64,000 nucleotides of DNA from the human T2T-CHM13v2.0 reference genome, Homo sapiens: NCBI RefSeq assembly GCF_009914755.1, contig NC_060931.1, one strand, 5' to 3'. Positions within the stretch are counted from its first letter, which is position 1. The number at the start of each line of letters is the position of its first letter. Both the position numbers and the translations under genes were made by a program. Of this stretch, positions 61,790 to 64,000 are shown one piece after another. The notes under the pieces are model-generated. The model was not told where the DNA came from and ran no database searches. It worked only from the letters and a program-made list of their open reading frames with translations.

Positions 61790-62070
61790 CAACGCGAAGC
61801 TTTAAGCGCCCCGCGCGGGTGTTGACGCTGGCAGCTCGCAAACAGCGTCCCGCGGCCACGGTGACCCGAGGGGCCGGCCGGCTGACGTCACGAACGCGGC
61901 CAGCTGCGGGGACCCGGGCTGCAACCGCGGCCTCTGGCCCCTGCCTTCTCGTTGGGTCGAGGGTGGGAAGGGAAGTTGAGGTCTGGGGTAAAAAGCCGGA
62001 AAAAGAAAGGAACAAGGCTGAGAATCATTCAAAGATTAAATGGGGTCGGCTCCCGTTGCTTGCGAAGACG
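61790..62070. promoter_or_regulatory. Small CpG island with full CRE TGACGTCA at 61883-61890
   Basis: Dense CpG and a palindromic CRE. Confidence 0.65.
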
Positions 62071-64000
62071 GATGAGGAGGGAGAGAGTTGAGGGGGTTGG
62101 GGGGGACCCTCTTTTATCTAACCTTGTGATTCACAGCTTCTCAGAAATTTACATAATACAAGGGTGTAGATGTAAACCTTAAGGACAAAAATAATAATTC
62201 AACAGCACATATTTCATTTTCGCACCATGGGCCTGGATATGTTCCCGGTGTTGGCACAATAGCTGATTTCCAGAGCTTTTTACTCACGGCAGAGAATATC
62301 TGAACTCTCATACCACTGTTGAAATGAGAGGAAAGGAAGGAGAAAAAAGGGAGAGAAAGAGAAATTGACTTTAATAATGTTGATTTAGATTTCTGAATAA
62401 TGGTGAAGGATTTTTTTAAAAAACTTAAGAGCATATGTTGTGTACAAAAGGTGCAGGCATAGTAATAATTGGGGTCCTTCACTCTCCAAAGTATCTATTT
62501 CCTTTTTATTTGATTGGCATGAGCTTTTCATTTTAAAAGCAAAGTCATTGCCCTTTAATAGGAAATTCCAATTTATTATTTCCTTAAATAAGTGAAGGTC
62601 ACAATGTCTACTGAAAGAGAGACCCTGCTGTCAACTCAACTCCTACTTGCCAACTCAAATAGAGGACTGAGAAGTAAAATACAGCAGCAGCAAAATACAT
62701 GTGATTGCTGTAGTTGCTTTTTGAATCCCCCAACCCCTCCTTCCCACATTTGAACTCTTCTAGATGCCACCAGTAATTCAAATTTTGGAGCTCTATTTGC
62801 AGTCCCCCCTTCCCCCCCTCCCCCGACCTCCCCTTGGGACACAGGGCAAAAGGAAAGTCAGGGGCAGGGATGGTAGGATCCCAGCATCCCCTTACTTTAG
62901 TTAAGAGGGGCAGAGGCTCAGGTGCCCTTTGGTCTTTCTCGCTGCGCCTCCTCCAAGTGAGCCTGACTCCCATAGTCACTTGGAAAGGTAAATGGCACCA
63001 CAGTGGGTGTGCAATTGAGCCCTTCACTCTTATTGTTTCAGTGTGGGAGTAGTGGTGGCTGGAAGTCAGAAATGGGAAAGAGGTTTCTTCTCCCTTCTTT
63101 GCCTTCTGAATTTTAGTTTTCTGGGGCTCCCATTTCTCTGCAAAATACACACCCAAAGTTGGCCATATTCTCTAACATTTCATCTAATCCATCAGTAGTT
63201 TGCAGTTATTTTAAAGAAATTTATAAAGATTTTAATTTAAAACATATAGATGGGAACTTAAGATGAGAAAATGTGAACTTTTTTTTCAAAAAGTATGCTA
63301 TCTATTCTGCCCCCACCTCATCACTAATAATGCAGCCCTGATCAAGGGTAAAATATAAACCTCTTTATTCACCCTGTTCCTCAGTATCCTTTTAAAGCTG
63401 GATTCTTCAATTATCTGTTGAAATTGTACACAACTGGTCTTCCTTTCTGAGAAAGGTCTTCATAAATATGCAGAAGGCCAATTTGTCGCGGACATTTTGA
63501 GCACTAGAATAAATGTTGCTAGTTTCTGGTGCTGTCTTGGCCTTCCAGCCCAAGTACCCCAACTTGAGGAAGGCCACACAACTAGTGAACTCCTTGTTGA
63601 GTAGTGGATAGTGGTTGTTCCCCTTTGTTTTTTCTGTAAAATGGGATTAAATAAAAGCCCTCTTCATTCAGAGGAGACATTGACATTGAAAAGAAATTTT
63701 AAAATAAAACCACTTTACATATGAAAGGCTATCACCTTATTAAAAAGTTAGCTATACATTTTTCCAAAATATTATTCAGACAATTGGATTTAAAAACAGT
63801 TCCTCTGCTCAATGATAGATTTCAGGTTAATCACATGGAAATGTTAAAATATACACAGGAATCATATTTGCTATGTATTTTTCACAACCTCAAGTACTTT
63901 CCTTGTGCCTAGACATCTGCTCTCCCATATTCAGTACTGTGTTCCTGGGGGAACAGTTTCTTCTGTAGATTCAGGAGAATCTACAGAAGAAACCTTAGCA

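Noticed and set aside
62608-63156. 182-aa minus-strand ORF
   Set aside because: Non-ATG start, no recognisable homology or exon structure

Overview
Primate, almost certainly human, genomic DNA at the FEZF1 locus. Positions ~1-49.5 kb are gene-poor and repeat-dense. They contain a full-length ~6.03-kb L1PA2-like element (intact ORF1, ORF2 broken by two single-base slips), a twin-primed inverted L1, MaLR/ERVL LTRs, Alus and old L1M/L2/MIR/CR1/DNA-transposon fossils. They also contain a four-layer nested insertion whose L1 tail became a duplicated (GAA)n/(CAG)n array. The last ~14 kb hold the four-exon FEZF1 gene on the minus strand (475 aa, eh1 motif plus six C2H2 fingers, GC-AG first intron), the overlapping antisense lncRNA FEZF1-AS1 and several CpG islands. 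I found no prokaryote-type system (CRISPR, operon, phage) and no credible new protein-coding gene; nearly all other listed ORFs are repeat or GC-content artefacts. The most unusual signals cluster at the FEZF1 5' end: a hairpin motif present both in coding exon 1 and 1.48 kb upstream, competing GC/GT donors next to a GGAA microsatellite, an in-frame uORF that an internal acceptor can bypass, and a cryptic 136-bp tandem duplication. Repeat subfamily names come from recognising consensus motifs by eye and need RepeatMasker/Dfam confirmation.
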